Of a stretch of DNA of 64,000 nucleotides, positions 51,566 to 64,000 are shown piece after piece. Each line of letters begins with the position of its first letter. Within the stretch, counting starts at the first letter, position 1. The stretch is from Patellaria atrata CBS 101060 (lineage: Eukaryota). The notes under the pieces are model-generated. The model had not been told where the DNA came from and did no database searches. It saw only the letters and a list, made by a program, of their open reading frames with translations. The stretch is from NCBI GenBank assembly GCA_010093705.1, contig MU006096.1, positions 1,076,004 to 1,140,003 on the forward strand. The letters are read 5' to 3'. A program made the translations under genes and the position numbers.

Positions 51566-52553
51566 ATGTCCGGCGGCGGGGTATGTTTGAAGCTTCCAAG
51601 CTACCATCGACATGATCAGGATAGCTCATATATATCTAGCAAAGGGAAGCAGTCTTCCCAACTCGGCAGTCGCTGGGTCTTATGAAGAGTAAATTGAAAG
51701 GAGCACAAACCGGCCATGACCTACTGAAGCGGAAAAGTGAAGCTTTAACAAAGTAGGGTCCTCTGGCTTCTCACAATTTTGGGTCCTATCCAGCTAACCC
51801 ACATTCCTTAGGCGTTTTCGAGGTGTGTAATAATGCTCTCCATCGATCCATCCTACGGAGACTATTCCAGATACATGAGCTCTCTCTAACGTGGCCATTT
51901 TCGCAGAGATTACCCGGCGCATTGACGAAGCAAAACGAAAGATGGGTCGAGTAATGCAAATTGCTGCTTTTTCCTTGGCCGAAGTAACTTACGCTGTGGG
52001 CGGCGATATTGGATACCAGATTCAAGAGTCAGTCAAGAATGCCAAATTCCGTGTGCGGACCAAACAGGAGAACGTCTCCGGTGTTTTCCTACCGCAATTT
52101 GAATCGTACCAGAAAGAAGACGTCAACGACTTTGGGTTGACAGGGTTGGGAAAGGGTGGTCAACAGGTTCAACGGTGTAGGGAGACCTACGCTAGAGCGG
52201 TAGAGACACTCGTAGAACTCGCCAGTCTGCAGACCGCGTTTGTGATCTTAGATGAGGTTATCAAGGTTGTGAACAGAAGAGTCAACGCAATCGAACATGT
52301 CATTATTCCCCGCACCGAAAACACGATCAAATATATCAACTCAGAGCTTGATGAGCTCGACCGTGAGGAGTTCTACCGACTAAAGAAGGTCTCTGGAAAG
52401 AAAGAGCGTGATGCAGCAGCCGCTGAGAAAGAACGGAATCAGAAGACGGCGGAGGCAGAGGCAGAGGGTAGCGATAAAGAGAACGTGCAGGGAGATAATC
52501 TAGAAACAAAAGATCTATTGGGAGATCAAGATAACGAGGATGTTATATTCTAG
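51566..52553 (+). CDS. VMA8: V-type ATPase subunit D, 4 exons
   Basis: [17 protein letters not shown]...[16 protein letters not shown]...ENVSGV.LP...GLGKGGQQV...[14 protein letters not shown]...[15 protein letters not shown]...DVIF*. Confidence 0.96.
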
Positions 52554-54208
52554 AGTCAGGGGCAAGTGCTAGGACAGTAGATGTTCCCATCAAATATTAT
52601 GGTTGTATGGCATGATTCTGTAACCACGCGAGCGAACGGACGGGTTTATCGATACTTCTAGTCTGATGCACATTGCGTAACATGTACTGTACAGTTGCTA
52701 TTTCAACGACTAAATCGAACAATAACGTATCATGGAGACTACGGTAGATCTTTGCCCTCGAGTGTCTAAGTACCTTTTCATTTCGTCGTCCCTGCGCTTC
52801 AGTATTCGTGTCTTATAAAACATTTCTTGTTTTCTCTACATGGTATTTCCTAACGCATAAGGTCAACTCCTTCGCAGCACTGAGGAGGGCGACGCGTTTG
52901 TCGTTATGCGGCAAGCTGAAGATGCCCGAGAGATGCCATATGCATATTGAGCCATTGTTGAGTGCCACTCGTATAAACTGCACATGCACAACCGACTTGG
53001 GGCGGAGAGGTGATGAACTCACTTACCTGCGTTTAAGGGAAACCTTACCTTCCAGTTATTGAGTACATGTGAGGTCAGCAGCACCGCCACACTAAAGAGA
53101 CGGTTCAAAATCCCCCCCTAGCTGAATGGGGAGAGCCTAGATTCACGGTACAGACGGCTCTCGTCTAGCCCAAGGGTTGGATCTGATAACCGAATTGATG
53201 AGTTCGATTGCCAGACACTGTACTACTGCACTGCCATCTCTTCCCCATATTGCACAGAATCCAAAAGTCGACTTTGAAGCTTCGTTGAAATAAACATCCG
53301 CTTAAATTCAAAAGTCGATTGCGATCTCAAAAGATGGGTGAGACGACAATCTAGACTTCCAGGGGTGCCCAAAAGAGATGGCGCGTGTCGCTCAGGATTT
53401 CCTTCAAGTCATGACCTCCTGTGGCTTGCTCCCCGTCCAATGCGCGTCTGCCACTTTCAGACTCGATTTCCTTCCTCAGCTGAGAAGGGATATTGGCGTC
53501 TGCAGAGTCGCGTGTCATGAGGAGGCAAAATCATTTCTCAAGAGGAAACTTGTACGCGCTTGTGTGACTGAGAATTGGTGTGATCTTGGATATCTTTCCG
53601 TTAGATGCAATCATCGATAACTTCAAAAGCGCGATCTGATGTGGGTGACACCGAGATGAGATGAGAAACTTGGTTTTTACGCTTTAAGGTCGAGCCGGGG
53701 TAGCCACTACCTGTCGTTTATTGTTATTATGCAAGGGAGCCACAGGCTACCACGGTCTGTTGGACTCACATGATGGTTTGTGTAGACTGGAAAGATCGTA
53801 GATATCAGTCAGAAACTCGAACTTTCCGAATCATAACTACGTGTCAGAGTTGACGTACTTCCGGAAAAGAGTGTTATATAGCGATTGTCCTCAATTGTGG
53901 ATTTGTGACCTGAAATTCGCAATATTTTTACTTGCGTCGCTTGCTTTACATGCTCTCTTTTTGCCCTTGTTGGAGGCTTGGGATGATGAGATCTGCGTCA
54001 TAACTACACGATCTACACCAGGTTTTGGCGCTTTATGATCTAGTCCAGATTTGTCCCCGCCAGCTTTAATCGCCAAACATAAACCCCCAGCGTCTCCTTT
54101 CAGCGTCACACCTCGATAGCTTTTTTTTTTTTCCCTATCTTTCCTGCTCCTCTAATACATCCATACCAACTCTTGATCGAGAAGTTTCTTTTAACTCCTT
54201 GATCAAGG

Positions 54209-57200
54209 ATGGATACCTTTCGCCTTCTTGCGCGACAAGCTCCCTCCGTGGTAAGTTCTCCCTATAAACGCGCTTGACCTACCCCGGTTCTCGTCTCGTC
54301 CTTCTTGCAGAGCAGCGATCATACCCATCTGGAGTGATCACCTGTCATCCTGGCAATATATCAATTATGTACGCAATATACTTATACACTGTATAGGACG
54401 AAAGCAACGACGAGAATATTGGTTCTGCCCAAGATGATACTAAGAACTCCAATTCCGCCAGCACTCTTGTCTCGACCTTAGTCCCAGTCTTGCTAGTTGC
54501 CCTTCTTTTCTTCGCTATTTTCCTCATCCTTCGCCGCATCTTTCCAAGAAAGTACAGCCCTCGCTCCTTCGTGGGTAGTTTACGTGAAAGGTATGTCAGA
54601 AGCTCCTCAGTTCCATCTCATCAGACCTATTTCAAGTATAGTAAGGCTATGGTAAGATAAACTAATCAATTTTATAGTCGCCGTTCCCCTAACCTTCCTT
54701 CTGGACTGTTCAATTGGATCGGTTCTTTCTTCAGTATCCCTGATTCCTATGTTCTCAATCATCACTCTCTCGACGCATATCTCTTCTTGAGACTTTTCAA
54801 AATCTCTATTGTCTGCCTGCTGGTTGGAATTGCTATCACTTGGCCCGTGCTCTTCCCTGTCAATGCTACCGGTGGAAATGGAATGAAGCAATTCGATATG
54901 CTGACATTTGGTAATGTCGCCAACCCATGGCGCTTTTGGGCCCACGCAGGTTGTGCTTGGCTTTATTTTGGTAGGGAAATACCCAAGTCTATTCGTTGTC
55001 TCTTACAGATTACTGACTAGTATAGGATTCATTATGTTCATGATCACAAGAGAGAGCATATTCTATATCAATCTTCGCCAGGCCTATCTCATGTCCCCCA
55101 TGTATGCTAGTCGCATGTCTTCGCGCACTGTCTTGTTCTCCTCGGTACCAGATGCATATCTGGATGAACGTAAACTCAGAGAAATTCTTGGAGAGCATGT
55201 CAGACGCGTGTGGATCCCCACAGATGTTAGCAACCTTGAGGATTTGGTCCAAGAGCGTGACAAGGCTGCTATGAAATTAGAGGGAGCTGAGACTAAGCTC
55301 CTCAAGCTTGCCAATAAAGCTCGCCTAAAGTCTGTCAAGAAGAACGGTGGTCGTAATGAGGAGGAGCAAACAGGAATCACGAGTGATGGTGCAGAATCAG
55401 GCTCCATTGCTGCGCGTTGGCTTACTCCTAAGCAACGACCCACTCATCGCTTGAAGCCATTGATCGGCAAGAAGGTTGATACGATTGAATGGTCCCGCGC
55501 CGAACTGGCTAGGTTAATTCCACTAGTTGAGGAAGAGCAAGCCAAGCACCGTGCCCTTCATGCTGATACCAAGAGGATCAACTCTGTCTTCGTCGAGTAT
55601 GACAGCTTGCCGGAAGCTCAGGCAGCTTATCAGAGTTTGACCCATCACCAGGCTCTTCATATGTCTCCCCGCTTTTCTGGATTCAACCCTCACGAGATCA
55701 TCTGGAAGAACCTGAGAATCAAGTGGTGGGAACGGGTCGTTCGCGGTTTCGCTACTACCGGACTTGTCACCGCTACTATCATCTTCTGGTCTATCCCCGT
55801 TGCCTTCGTTGCATCCATCTCTAATATCAATTACTTAATCGAAGTTCTTCCTTTTCTCGAGTTTATCAACAAATTGCCCACCGTTTTGCTCGGTCTGGTT
55901 ACTGGTCTTCTTCCCACTATTCTCTTAGCAGTGTTGATGGCTCTTTTGCCCATCTTCCTCCGAGGTTAGTACAGATATTTGGTTACCCTTTTTATTCAGT
56001 ACTGACTATTGACAGCAATGGCGAGACTCGGTGGTGACCCAACCCTTTCTCAAGTCGAACTCACCGTCCAGAAGTCATACTTTGCTTTTCAAGTCGTTCA
56101 AGTTTTCCTTGTTGCTACTTTGGGTTCTGCAGCTTCATCTGCCGTAGGAATTATCATCGACAACCCTGGAAGTATAACTTCAATGCTTTCGAAACAGATA
56201 CCAAAGGCATCTAACTTCTACCTTGCATATTTTGTGCTTCAAGGGTTAGGTGTTGCTGCGGGCTTGCTTCTTGGGATTGTTGGCCTCATTCTTTTCTATC
56301 TACTGGGGAAGCTTTTTGACAGCACACCTCGTAAGATGTACAGACGCTGGTCACAATTGGCGAGCCTCGGCTGGGGAACTGTATTCCCTATCTACACTAA
56401 CTTGTTCGTTATTGGTATGTGACTTTCTTCTTACATCAACCCATTTTTACTAACATTTAGGCAGCGATCTGTTACGCCTGCATTGCGCCTCTTGTTCTAG
56501 GCTTCGCGGCGATTGGCTTGTGGCTCTTCTATTTCGCGTACCGTTACAATATCCTTTTTGTTTACGACGTCAGCATTGACACCAAGGGTTTGGTCTACCC
56601 GCAGGCCCTCCAACAGCTCTTCGTGGGTCTTTACATCGCTGAGATCTGTCTTGTCGGTCTTCTCGGTGTCAACCTTAGCAATGTTGGGGCCATCGGACCA
56701 TTTGCGCTGGTCATCCTCCTCCTCATCTTCACCGCTCTCTATCACCTCTCTCTCAACGCCGCTCTTGGACCCCTTCTCAGCTATCTTCCCAAGAGTCTTG
56801 AGCCAGAGGAGCGTCGCCTGCTGGCTGAGACCGAGGAATCTGCTATCGAGAATAACGGTGCTGGATCTCACGAGCCCAAGCCTGCTGTCTCAACTATCAA
56901 ACATCTTCCCCCTGCCCCTCACAAGAAACCAAGCATGATCCAGAAATTCTTACGTCCCGATATCTACACGGACTATGCCACCATGCGCAGGCTCATCCCA
57001 GCAGAATTCTCCGGCGTCGATTACGAACCCGAGGTCGCACGTGACGCATTTTTCCACCCCGCCATCACGTCGCAAGTTCCACTGTTGTGGATCCCCAAGG
57101 ATCCGATGGGTATCAGTACCCAAGAGATAAGGGAGACGGGCAAGGTTATTCCAATCACAGATGAGGGCGCGCATCTGGATGAGAAGAATAAGATCATTTG

Positions 57201-57252
57201 GGATGTGGAGAATAGCCGTCCTCCGATTTATGAAAAGCCGATTGATTACTAG
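54209..57252 (+). CDS. OSCA/TMEM63 (CSC1, DUF221; Phm7/Rsn1-like) channel, 6 exons
   Basis: YSPRS, SLDAYLFLR, TWPVLFPVNATGG, SRTVLF, IIWKNL, FWSIPVAFV, YFAFQVVQVFLV, PKASNFY, YRYNILFV, YPQALQQLFVGLY and LLWIPKDPMGIS. Confidence 0.92.
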
Positions 57253-58000
57253 CGAGCGAGCATGCATTTTTAGTATTGCAAAATTGATACTCTATCACCT
57301 GATACCCTGGGATGGGAAGTGACGAGATGGTTATTGAGGGGTGCTTGGGTTGGATGATGGGGTCGTGTTGTATTTTTACCTAGTCTTATGTAGTGGTAAT
57401 GATAATTTCGGATATTTGGTTACTTTCGTCGTTGTTGTGTGCTTGCTAGAACTGATTTCCGATCCTCTCGTACGGAATTTACCTGTCGTACAGATCACGC
57501 TTGCATACGTAGGCTGTCCTCTACCGTGGTCTGCTGGCTGTACATTTCCTACCTACCTGTCTACATGTTCGTATACCAGCTCTATCATATTAACTTCCCC
57601 TCCCCTCAACTGCACAAAACACATCTATGCCACCTTACACCAAAGCAGCCATGTTAGCATCGTCTCCCGTCCATCCACACAAACGTACGGTAGCTACCTC
57701 ATCCTTGGTTGTACAGTACAGTACAGTACAGGTTCTACTCAGCTTAATTGGTTAGGTTCCGTATACCGTACTGAGGCGTACTGTACTGTACAAATACTAT
57801 TTCTTATGCCGTACTGTATAAATCCTATTTCTCTCTGCCATACGGGGGATATGGGTTCATGCTACGCGAGACGGTGGATGTTTTGATGCTGTAATTTCAA
57901 CACAGCATTTCCTAATTCCATGGACTCAGCAACACTTAAAATTTTCATTTCATAGACGAATCCCGCATTCTAATCTAAAAGGAACAACACGCAAACCCCC

Positions 58001-59445
<1,445 letters not shown>

Positions 59446-60785
59446 GTTTTTACGTATTTCTTGGGGATATAATCAATTCGTAGAAGCTGTAGAGGAATTT
59501 TCGAGGAAGAGGCAGGTCGTGTGCGCAAAAGATCTGGTACCTGGTAACTTTTTATGCTTGATCTACCTTACTCCTCGTTTCCACCAGTGAGGGTAGCATT
59601 GAGCTCCTCGTGTACGCGGTATGAACCGTCAGGGAAAGAATAAACCTCATCTCCGCTCCGCTACGTGTTTCTAGGCTTTCCACCCCTTACTACCATTCTT
59701 GAGTACGGGATATCCGATCAAGGTGGGGTTGAAATGTCAAGGGTCATCCCACCTCGGCAGTCGGGATCAAACAGGTGACCCGAGACCGGATTAGGCCTAG
59801 CACTCCCGTTCCGCGTGAACTTATCACGGGGAAAGAGCTGCTGTTTGCGACTTCCTCATGGACGCGTTCTCATGAATGGAATGTCCTCCAACTTCTTCAC
59901 AAACCTTCACCAACTCTCGAATAACAGCCTAGGCTTAGTACCATGCATCATCCTCGCTTGCTCCTCTTCGACTTCTTCGTAATAAGAAAATCTCAGAGAA
60001 AACCTCCTCATCATTGTCAACAACACACTTTGTCGCATCTGTCATCGACGTGAAATCCGCTGCGCTTCCTTACGAAGCACCTATTCAATTTCGCTTCCTT
60101 CTAGCCATTGAGCTTCCTCAGTATTATGATAAGACCGACAATAACAGTTGACAATAAGCACCTTCGAAAAATTTGCTGTTGTTGTGGTTGACGCGCGACA
60201 ATCGTCGAGGCAGACAATAGCTTCGCAGTATCTCGGTAAGTAACAATAGCCATCAGACAATAGAGCGCGCAGTATCGCTTTCACGCATGAGAGTTTTTGG
60301 GCGCAATTGCAAGAAGAATCAATTGTTTTGATTGTTTCTCGCTTGCTATTGTCGATTTCCCGACATATACCTCAACCTCTCCGTCCATTCCCAATCTTCT
60401 CCAGCCATTTCTTCTTCTTCCTAGCAAACCCTCTCTGCAGAACCTGTCCCTTCGAAAACAATCCCTCAATCCTCACAAGCATTTTGTGTTGATCACATTT
60501 GGTTCGCACTTCCATACAAATACGCTCGCATATAGATCCTCTTGCTAACGTCAATTCAGCTTTAGACCAGAAGAAGAACCTACTCACTTTACACTCACGA
60601 CATACCTCACTTCAGAAAATCTTCGCGCTTCCGACACTCGACACACCTCCCTACACAAGAAACCTCTTCTCACTTTCCGCATCACCATACCTCTTTGACG
60701 AATACGGTATTCGTATTCCACATTTGTCACACATCTCGACCTCACAATTCGACATTTTCACGAGACCATCCATACACTATCAGAT

Positions 60786-62678
60786 ATGGATGCCACTCCT
60801 GGACCTCGTCGCAGCGCTCGTGTTGCGAGTCAGACTCCGGCTCCGGCTGGAGTCTCGGCCCAGCCTGCCGCCAAAGGCATGGCTGCCCCAAAATCCCGAG
60901 CCCGTGCAAGTGGTGCTCGATCCCAAGTCACCCCTGTGGCTCAATCAATTGTACATGCTGAATCATCAACAGCTGTACATAGTTCACCTCGCGGTGCAGG
61001 TCGAGCTCGGAGCAATGCTCCGCTCCCATCTATCAACGCTCGCGAGTCGTACGCATACGGTGGCCGTGCTCGCTCCAACCTTCCGGATGCGATCACGGAC
61101 CCAGTTGCTGTCAGCTTTGGCGATGCCCTGGACGAGGGACGTGCTGCTGCCGTCGATCGCGACAGCGATCGCGAATCCTCCAGCAGCGTACGGAGTTTCC
61201 GGATGCGTCGCAACTTCCCAGCGGCCATCAATGAGGTCGCTGAACCAGACTTCGCTCGTGACGTTGCTGTACCAGCAAACAGCAACATCAATGACACCTC
61301 GAAGAGCTTTGGGTCGGTTCACGAAACCGGAATTCATCGTCCCGGTGGTATGGGACAAACCAATGTTGGAGGTGACGACAGGGCCACCTTCACCACAGAA
61401 ACCATCCGTGACCCAACTCCTGTACGCGTCATCACGCATGGCGTTTCTGCTGTTCTGCGCCGTGCCGTCGAAGCGCACTGGCGCTACCTTCTGTACTTCC
61501 TAGTTACCGCCATCATCATCGGTGTACTAGGAGCGCTGTGCTCCTTCAATGCGAGCTGCAAGAATACGGTCGCCAGTTACAATCCTCTGGCTCCAATTGC
61601 GCGCTTCATCGACCAGGAAGCGCGCATTGCGAAGCTAGAGGAAGAAAACCGCCTATTCAAGTCGCAGAAGTACGGACCAGTGGTTGTCGAGTCTGGCGAG
61701 ATCCCAGACGGTATCTCTCGTGAAGAAGTCGCCGGAATCGCTCGTGATGCTGCTGTACAAGCTGGTATCACCGAAGAAAGGGTTTTCGAAATCGCCCGTG
61801 ATGCTTTTGCAAAAGTTGGTATGACTGAAGAAAATCTCAAGATGCTCGTTCGAGAAGTCGGTATCACCCAGGAAGATGTCAAGGCGCTTGCACGGGATGA
61901 GGCTACGGAAGTAGCTAAGGAGGTAGCTAACCACTATTTCCATAATCGCATGCCTGGAGCCATACAGAAGCTTTTCAAGCAATTCATCAAGCATGAAAGG
62001 CCCGCCAATGACGTCTATGTTTTCGATCCTCTGCGTACCGTCAACTTCTTTTCCCCATCGCTTGGTGTAGTCATCCATCCCTACCTTACTTCCCCGACAT
62101 ACGAGAAGCCGCGCTCTCTAGGTCATCGTATCTACCAATCCTTCATCTCCCTCCCAGCTCCTCACCCTCCAATGGCCGCCCTTGAGCGTTGGAACGAAGC
62201 TGGCGATTGTTGGTGCACTGCGATGGAACCTATCGGTCGAGCCCAGATTGGCATCCTCCTCCCGAATCCTGTCTACCCGGAATACCTCACTATCGAGCAT
62301 ATCCCGAAACCCGAGACGCTGGACATCAAGGCTGCGCCAAGGGTTGTTCAGCTCTGGGGTGAAGTGTTCTCTGCTCAGTCCCGTGCAGATATCATGGCGC
62401 AATTGGAATCCTCACCTGGCTGGGTAAGAGAAGATTGCACCAACCCTCCCAGTCCCAACTATGTATGCCTGGGTGTCTTCAGATACAATGCCATGTTCGA
62501 AGCCGCCGACGATCCCCCTCGCAAGAAGCACATCCAGTCCTTCAAGCTAGATGTTGACCTCGCAAGCATAGATGTTTCGATAAAGGCGGCCGTGGTGCGT
62601 GTCCTTCATAATTATGGCCAGATCTACACATGTCTCTATAGACTACGCCTTCATGGGCAGACCATAGCCACGACGTAA
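60786..62678 (+). CDS. SUN-domain nuclear envelope / spindle pole body protein (Sad1/Mps3-like), intronless
   Basis: Disordered basic N-terminus, one TM helix (YLLYFLVTAIIIGVLGAL), coiled coil, then a SUN domain: NFFSPSLG...TSPT...GDCWC...TIEHIP...APR...NYG..YTCLYRLRLHG. Confidence 0.88.
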   Translation: MDATPGPRRSARVASQTPAPAGVSAQPAAKGMAAPKSRARASGARSQVTPVAQSIVHAESSTAVHSSPRGAGRARSNAPLPSINARESYAYGGRARSNLPDAITDPVAVSFGDALDEGRAAAVDRDSDRESSSSVRSFRMRRNFPAAINEVAEPDFARDVAVPANSNINDTSKSFGSVHETGIHRPGGMGQTNVGGDDRATFTTETIRDPTPVRVITHGVSAVLRRAVEAHWRYLLYFLVTAIIIGVLGALCSFNASCKNTVASYNPLAPIARFIDQEARIAKLEEENRLFKSQKYGPVVVESGEIPDGISREEVAGIARDAAVQAGITEERVFEIARDAFAKVGMTEENLKMLVREVGITQEDVKALARDEATEVAKEVANHYFHNRMPGAIQKLFKQFIKHERPANDVYVFDPLRTVNFFSPSLGVVIHPYLTSPTYEKPRSLGHRIYQSFISLPAPHPPMAALERWNEAGDCWCTAMEPIGRAQIGILLPNPVYPEYLTIEHIPKPETLDIKAAPRVVQLWGEVFSAQSRADIMAQLESSPGWVREDCTNPPSPNYVCLGVFRYNAMFEAADDPPRKKHIQSFKLDVDLASIDVSIKAAVVRVLHNYGQIYTCLYRLRLHGQTIATT

Positions 62679-63358
62679 CCCTGAGGCGTATGTTTGAAGA
62701 GTTGGAGCTGGTGACCTTTGTGGTTGTCTAGTGCTTGATTTTTATGGTATCTCTGTTGGAACTGGTCTTTTATTCGGTGTCTGGAGCTGGATGATATGAT
62801 ACCTTTGTTCAGATGGATGCATTTTCGGTGTTTGGTCTTGGATTAAATTAACTTTTGTCTGGATGGATTCTTTTTCACACTGTGCAGATGGAGTCGATTG
62901 GACTTCTTTCTGCATGGATGGTCTTCTGATTTTGAAGATTTCTACGTTTCGTTTCCGACTGGTGGATCTGCTGTGATGTGACGATAGTATAGGGATACTA
63001 ATCAAGGTTTCGGACGCGATTGTAATGACTATGCTACAGAAAGAGCAGAAGCACAGTATAGTATAGTGCGGATAATCAGTTATAGGCTCCATTACGTTAC
63101 CTGGTATACGGTAGGGTTTGGGTTTTGAGGGACGGGGTTTGACGGGTTGGGGTTTTTATGTATATAGATTGTAGAGTCGGTATGTAAGGTAAAGAGCACG
63201 GTATCATGGACAGCACAGTACCATAACGGAATAGAAGGGAAGGTTATATATCCCTAAACGCTACAGACACAGAAGCCCATACCCTCCCATCCACTCAATC
63301 ATCCGCCTCCCTGCTCTCTACCCTCTACCTTCCTTCCACACAACACCACGAACCAACC

Positions 63359-64000
63359 CTACCTCACCGTCGCCCCCTTCAGACTGCCTACAACACAAAC
63401 CCCCCCCTTCGTCCTCAACCTCGCCACACCCTCCGCACCCCTCTCCCCCTCCCTCAGCGCCTCCACATCCCCAACTCGAAACCCCACCTCCGCCTCCTCC
63501 GTTGTCACAAACCCCGGCTGCAAACTCTCCCAAACCTTCTTCTTCGGATTCAGCACTTTCTCCGGCTCGCCCTCCCAGCCCTCAAAAAAAACCCTATCCC
63601 CCGCCACACTCCCCTGTGGGGGCTGCACCAGCTCCACCGGTCCCTTATGCGCGTCCACCTCCCCCTCCTTCACGCGAGGCGAGGCCGCCAACACCATCGC
63701 GGCGCTCTTGACCCCGCGCATCGTGACGGGCTTGAGGTTGCACACGGCGACGATCTTGCGGTTTTGCATTTCCGCGAGGGGCACCAGGCCCGCGAGGCCG
63801 GAGCACACGGTGCGCACGACCTGCCCGTCGTATTCGGAGGTGTGTTCGGTGCCGGGGGGATCCCCGACGGCGATGGTGGAGATGTAGAGGCTGTCGGCGT
63901 TGGGGTGGGCGATGGCGTGGAGGATGTGGCCGACGCGGAGGTCGATGAGGGAAGGGGAGAGGGGCTTTTCGGGGGCGGTCTCTTTGGCGGGTTTGGGCTT
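63359..64000 (-). CDS. ARC1: tRNA-aminoacylation cofactor Arc1, C-terminal tRNA-binding OB/EMAPII domain (5' part outside window)
   Basis: IDLRVGHI..HPNADSLY...RTVCSGL...VCNLKPVTMRGVKSAAMVLAAS...LNPKKKVWE. The frame is open to the window edge. Confidence 0.9.
   Translation of the reverse strand, partial: KPKPAKETAPEKPLSPSLIDLRVGHILHAIAHPNADSLYISTIAVGDPPGTEHTSEYDGQVVRTVCSGLAGLVPLAEMQNRKIVAVCNLKPVTMRGVKSAAMVLAASPRVKEGEVDAHKGPVELVQPPQGSVAGDRVFFEGWEGEPEKVLNPKKKVWESLQPGFVTTEEAEVGFRVGDVEALREGERGAEGVARLRTKGGVCVVGSLKGATVR

Noticed and set aside
53019..53050. ACTTACCTG resembling the U1 snRNA 5' end
   Set aside because: The downstream sequence shows no U1 stem-loops or Sm site.
53095..53125. B-box-like GGTTCAAAATCC
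   Set aside because: Spacing is off-consensus and there is no cloverleaf.
60499..61503. 334-aa ORF overlapping the SUN gene, and other antisense or alternate-frame ORFs inside long genes
   Set aside because: Shadow frames of real CDSs with no recognisable motifs.

Overview
Gene-dense, intron-containing fungal DNA (filamentous ascomycete, Pezizomycotina; inferred from short GT-AG introns with RCTRAY-type branch sites and from the gene set). I read about 23 protein-coding genes by hand-splicing: an FNIP/Lst4-like protein, a glutathionyl-hydroquinone reductase (Ecm4-like GST), an orphan Q-rich protein, Egt1, an atypical SDR, CCDC25/Jlp2, a small LYR-like protein, a DUF2293 protein, a PTH11-like membrane protein, Rho4, an Lcb3-like phosphatase, Ssp120, an amidase, Mcm6, an MFS transporter, a conserved hypothetical protein, Syf1, Vma8, an OSCA/TMEM63 channel, UDP-glucose 4-epimerase, a SUN-domain protein and a partial Arc1. 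There are also two adjacent pseudogenes and a 735-nt N gap. I saw no tRNA, rRNA, CRISPR array or intact transposon. The most notable items, none visible in the ORF track, are an apparent single-nucleotide exon in CCDC25/JLP2, a spliced 28-aa double-CxxC micropeptide gene, an in-frame N-terminal targeting extension on the GST, and a decayed C-terminal tail on the orphan gene. I found no convincing new multi-gene system. All family calls come from motif recognition, not database searches.
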